Source of the DNA: Eledone cirrhosa
Taxonomy: Eukaryota
Reading direction: 5' to 3'
Assembly (NCBI GenBank): GCA_964016885.1
Contig: OZ024742.1
Coordinates: 171,616,001 to 171,680,000 of the forward strand
DNA length: 64,000 bases
Shown: positions 58,553-64,000 of the stretch, one piece after another
How the letters are laid out: each line of letters starts with the position of its first letter
Position numbering within the stretch: the stretch's first letter is position 1
Notes under the pieces: generated by a model
Seen by the model: only the letters and a program-made list of their open reading frames with translations
Told to the model about the DNA's origin: nothing
Databases searched by the model: none
Position numbers and translations under genes: made by a program

Positions 58553-58950
58553 AATAATTGTTTCTACTTTGGGCACAAGGCCAGCAATTACCAGTGCATT
58601 ACTGGTACTTTATTTTATCGACCCCCATAAGGATGAAAGGCAAAGTTAACCTCGGCGGGATTTCAACTCAGAAAGGAAAGTGACGTAACTCTATGCGTCA
58701 AAGCAAGGTGTCCGACCCTCTACCGATACTGTCAATCCAATAATGACCATGCTTTTTCCTATATAAATTAATTGTTTCTACTTTAGGCACAAGGTCAGCA
58801 ATTACCCAGTACTGGTACTTTATTTTACCGACCCCGTGAGGATGAAAGGCAAAGTTAACCTCGGCGGGATTTGAACTCAGAATGTAAAGGGACGTAACTG
58901 CTAGAAATCATGGCGTTCACTCCTCTAACGATACTGCCAATTCACCGCCC
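58553..58950 (-). mobile_element. Two adjacent tRNA/Nin SINE copies
   Basis: Units at 58553-58740 and 58768-58950; the second has a 19-bp TSD ttttcctatataaattaat (58754-58772, 58951-58969). Confidence 0.9.
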
Positions 58951-59191
58951 TTTTCCTATATAAATTAATACTATTTCAATTGCAAATGGACTCTTAGAGA
59001 CGATCCCAGCGTGGACTACTCACCAATACATTATTTAAAACAATAAATTATTTCTGAATATATACAAAATGTATTCATATGACAAAGAAAGTCTGTTTGC
59101 TATTTTCCACCCCTTTACCCCTAATGGTAGATAACGCTTCAATCGGACGTAACCTACTATCTCACTTTCTCTTTCTTCCTCTCTCCCTAAA

Positions 59192-59450
<259 letters not shown>

Positions 59451-60282
59451 GAATGCTATTCCTCTATATTTACTACGTCAAAGTCATTCACATATGATGA
59501 TAGCCTCATCTTGTCAAATGATAGCCGTCTCAACATCATATCAACTCCTCCAGCAAGTTTACACCTCACCATATGCATGGAGGTGACATTTCAATCCTTA
59601 TTATCGATACTATAGTGTTTGTATCTATTATGCCATTACCTCATGTAAAGCAGCAACTGTGATTGGACTTATAAAATTAATTAAGACAGTTTCCTTATTT
59701 CTAATAGGCCAAACAGACAATGAGGTTGCTCCCAAGTCATTTTGGTGTTGTTAATGTTACAGTTGTTCTTGGTATTGATTTTAAAGCATTGTAATTGGTT
59801 CTTTACTCGGAATCAGACCTAGGCAAAAGTTGTAGGCCGCTTCTCAGCAAACATTTAGGAGAAAGAGGAATGGCATTCATGTCACAAATTCTCCCCATGA
59901 ACATGCTTGTTAAATTTTGCAAATAAAAATAACGATAACATAATCGATGAAATTTATAAATGTAATGCGAAGAAATTGTAATAAAAGTAGGGAATAAAAA
60001 TAAAAACGATAAAATGCACTAGAGGAGAGGTCATTAAATGGCTACGAAAATGGAAATAAATGAACGGAGAGAAATAGTAAAATGAAGGAAACCGCCAAAA
60101 AGAAATCAATTCTAGAATTCAATTGTTCTAAAATAAACAAACGATTTTTAAATGAAACAGGCAGCCTTGCCATGCCCTACACATGGATACAACTCGCTAA
60201 ATTTTGCCAGGGGAATTCTGGTAAGATATTTGTGGACTAGCGGACCTAGGGTATGAATCATATCTGAACATCTTCCAGGGAA

Positions 60283-60450
60283 TAATAATTGTTTCTACTT
60301 TTGGCACAAGGCCAGCAATTACCCAGTGCATTACTGGTACTTTATTTTATCGACCCCGTAAGGATGAAAGGCAAAGTTAACCTCGGCGGGATTTGAACTC
60401 AGAAGTGCAAGGGACGTAACTCTAGGCATCAAATCGTGGCGTCCGACATG
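60283..60450 (-). mobile_element. tRNA/Nin-domain SINE
   Basis: Tail, Nin domain and B box match; head eroded. Confidence 0.88.
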
Positions 60451-60594
60451 CAACAGTCAATCAATCTTGGGTATTGTTGTTGGAATGATTATGTACACAA
60501 TTCACCACTCTGTCACGCGTACATGTTTGGAGAATCTCACATGTGCTTGCAACATTTCAGTCTGAAGACTGTCTGAAGTCCAGAGCCTCCTTAA

Positions 60595-60825
60595 GCCGGC
60601 ACTAATCCTGGTATCCTTGGCGTTAATCATCTGAGAGCACACGAATCCTCACATAGACAAGTCGCCACTCCATCGCATTGTTTAATCTCCAGTTGCTTAT
60701 TGTACTCAGCTGAGTACAATGGAGTAAGTTGAAATGAAATATTTTGCTCAACCCGGCAGCACACAACCCGGTCCAGGAATCAAACCCACAATATTGTGTT
60801 CATGTCCAACACACTACATTAGTCA
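60595..60825 (-). mobile_element. V-domain-like SINE, diverged second copy
   Basis: Colinear with 26920-27150 (gccggc/gccggt..atcc, catcgca, ttttgctcaa, ccaggaatc.aacccacaa). Confidence 0.65.
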
Positions 60826-62467
60826 ACGGTATTTATTAAAGATATAATAGAGCTATTATAAAACATAATAGAACTTGAGGTATTGTGACATTTTTTTAAC
60901 GTAAGATCGAACCTAATATATTAGTTGCCATGCTAGCATAAATATTACAGAGGAAGCTCAAATCTAATTGGGTGTGAACTAACACTTCAGAATCTATTCA
61001 TACTTATAAATTTCTTCAGAACCAGAAATGATTTGCTTGTGGAAAATATTCTTCCAGATATTCCATAACTTGTTAAATGTATACACACACACACACATAG
61101 ACACACAGACACACACATACACACATGTGTATGTGTGTGTGTGTGTGTGTATAGATATAATCATGAATACACACACACAATACTATATATAAAAACACAG
61201 TAAAAATGATAGAGTACATTGAAGAAATCTGTTATTTTAATGGTTGATATAGCAGGGAAAGAGTCTTACCCTATCAGAAGATAGAATGAGAAATAAAAGA
61301 CGAAATAGGAAATGTGAGAATTGGAAGAAACAGGAACAATCTTTTGAAGAAAAATCACATGTGTGTTCAGTTAGCCATTTTATATTTGGACACCAATACT
61401 AGACTTTGTTATATCGATTGTAGAATGAGGAAAAGCCACGAATGACCTAGGCTGTATTTGAACTCTGAGAATAACGAGCCGTAATTAATAGTTGTAAAGC
61501 TTCTAAACAGATGCTCTAACGATTCTGTACATCCTCCTCAATTATTCTCTAAATAATTGTTTCTACGTTTGGCAGAAGGCCAGCAATTACACAGTGCATC
61601 ACTGGTACTTTATTTTATCGACCCCGGAAGGATGAAATGATTGTATGTTCGTTGTTGACTTAGAAGACCAAATATCGAGTTGCCTGTCTCTAAAGAGATT
61701 GTCGTTATTCAAGTGGAAAGTAACGCGATTGTTAATTATACATTTCAACTGCTTATTTTGGATAGTCAATAGACTAATTTGGCTGTATTGTGTTAGTGTA
61801 AGACATGGCTATATTTTGGCTTGGATAGAATTAGGTTCTGATAGAATTGGGTTTAATATTTTAAATTGAGACTGTGTTTGTGACATTTTGGAGGTTGTGT
61901 GTTGCTACTTTCATGTTTAACATATTTTCAATTATCTGGTATTCTACATGGAGAAGTGGCAGAGTGAATGAAGTGTGGATGGACATGGTGCCTTGCTGTA
62001 TTTCATCGATTCTTTCGGGATGTTAACATTGGCTAATACACATGCAAATATTTCAAATAATTGCCCATGTTATATATATTTATAGCCTACTGGTGTGTAA
62101 GTATATAAAATATACTAGTATATATATATAATACTGGTGTGGACATGAAATTATGTGTTTGGAGTGGGAGCCATCTTTTAAATTTGTTGCAGACTGGAGA
62201 CAATTAAACGCTAAAATGTCGAGACTGTTACAGATATAGTGTATAAAATAAAGAGAACTTTTAAATATAGAACTTTTACTTTTACACATGGCCACCTAAC
62301 TTTATGATAAAAAAACAATTCTCGTTTGCTTGTCTTCAATTGTTCCATTTACTTTTTGATTTGAATTTGAAAAAATGCATGTGAATAGTATTTGTTAGAG
62401 ATTGTGTTATGAAGTGTACCTACAATCATGTTTAGATTTAAATCAGTAGGCATACACACACACATTA

Positions 62468-62526
<59 letters not shown>

Positions 62527-62668
62527 ATGAAAATGGAGAGAGACGATGATTAACAGAGAATATAAATAGATAGACAAATAAATAAATGATTATCGTCCTC
62601 GAGAAAGCTGAAATGCCGATATGTATACACACGTACACTACACGCTCACAAACACGTATATATATATA

Positions 62669-62784
<116 letters not shown>

Positions 62785-63041
62785 CGTGTGTGTGTGTGTG
62801 TGTGTGTATACAGAGAGAGAGAGAGAATATTAGATAGAAAATATAATAAATGAGCCGATCTCAAGAATTAATGTTTCAGAAGTAATTTAATAACAAGAAG
62901 TTGTTTAATAAACCATTGCTTTATTTGTTATGTTTACCTTTGAAAAGCCATGCCTAATTTATTTTATTAAAGTTAATATCTCCAGACCACGACTGATAAT
63001 ATTCCCTCTCTATCTACGTATCTTTGTTTCTCTGTCTTTCA

Positions 63042-63118
<77 letters not shown>

Positions 63119-63178
63119 AATAGATATGTATGTATATATATAAATATGTATATAAATATATATTTCTATATATGAAAA

Positions 63179-63281
<103 letters not shown>

Positions 63282-63288
63282 TACATAC

Positions 63289-63319
<31 letters not shown>

Positions 63320-63377
63320 AATAGATATGTATGTATATATATAAATATGTATATATATATATATTTCTATATATGAA

Positions 63378-63422
<45 letters not shown>

Positions 63423-64000
63423 ATTATATATGAAGGATATATCTGTATTTCCTTCTCTCTATATGGACATTATCTGTGAATGTTTAATATTAACATACAC
63501 CAGTCACATTACCTGACTATACAGGGCATGTGTTTGTGTTGGAGATCCGTTAGTTTCGACGCTTGATATTCCAGTTGTTCGGTAATCGCAATATTTTACT
63601 CGTGAAGTTAACATACGTATGTCTGAACATTTCATAGACATGTGTAGCCTTAACATAACTCTCATGGAGCTTCTGCATTATAAAATGTGAGACATGACTG
63701 GCCTTTGGAAATATACGTACATTTGTGTTTTACGAGCTGCGTGGACTTGGGCCAACCTGAAATTTTGCAAAATTTGGCCAGAAATTGAACTAATGAATTA
63801 TTTAACCAAGCATCTTCAATGTCGTATGTATAGGTTTTCGTGTTTCATCCATATCCACTCATGACCGGTTTCGTAGTATCTGCATTCATATAGCGATAAA
63901 TTTGGACTTAAAATTTGCTATGTCTTATGTAAATTTGACGATTGTAGTCTTGAAATCTAAACGATAAACAGGATATTAAGCATGAAGCTAAATGAAGCGC

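Overview
AT-rich, microsatellite-dense eukaryotic DNA that appears intronic or intergenic. The (TA)n/(CA)n density and the tRNA-derived Nin-domain SINE suggest a cephalopod (octopus-like) genome, but that is an inference. No host protein-coding gene can be called confidently; almost all ORF-track entries are translations of simple repeats. Mobile elements include about 20 copies of a tRNA/Nin-domain SINE, two V-domain-like SINEs, a complete but dead mariner, and CR1-like, RTE and RTE-X LINE remnants (one with a 5' inversion). There are also at least five Penelope-like elements (PLEs) of different subgroups, one with an intact Naiad-type RT-thumb/GIY-YIG ORF and one with a ~700-bp inverted pLTR. 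The most notable signal is about ten type I hammerhead ribozyme (HHR) motifs from unrelated families, read and folded by eye. Several sit in short fold-back mini-elements inserted in (TA)n, and in two of these the inversion junction falls at the palindrome in hammerhead helix III. Also notable are a strong AG|GTAAGT recursive-splice-like site (48196/48195, minus strand) and multiply folded-back palindromes centred on (TA)n tracts (19115-19575).
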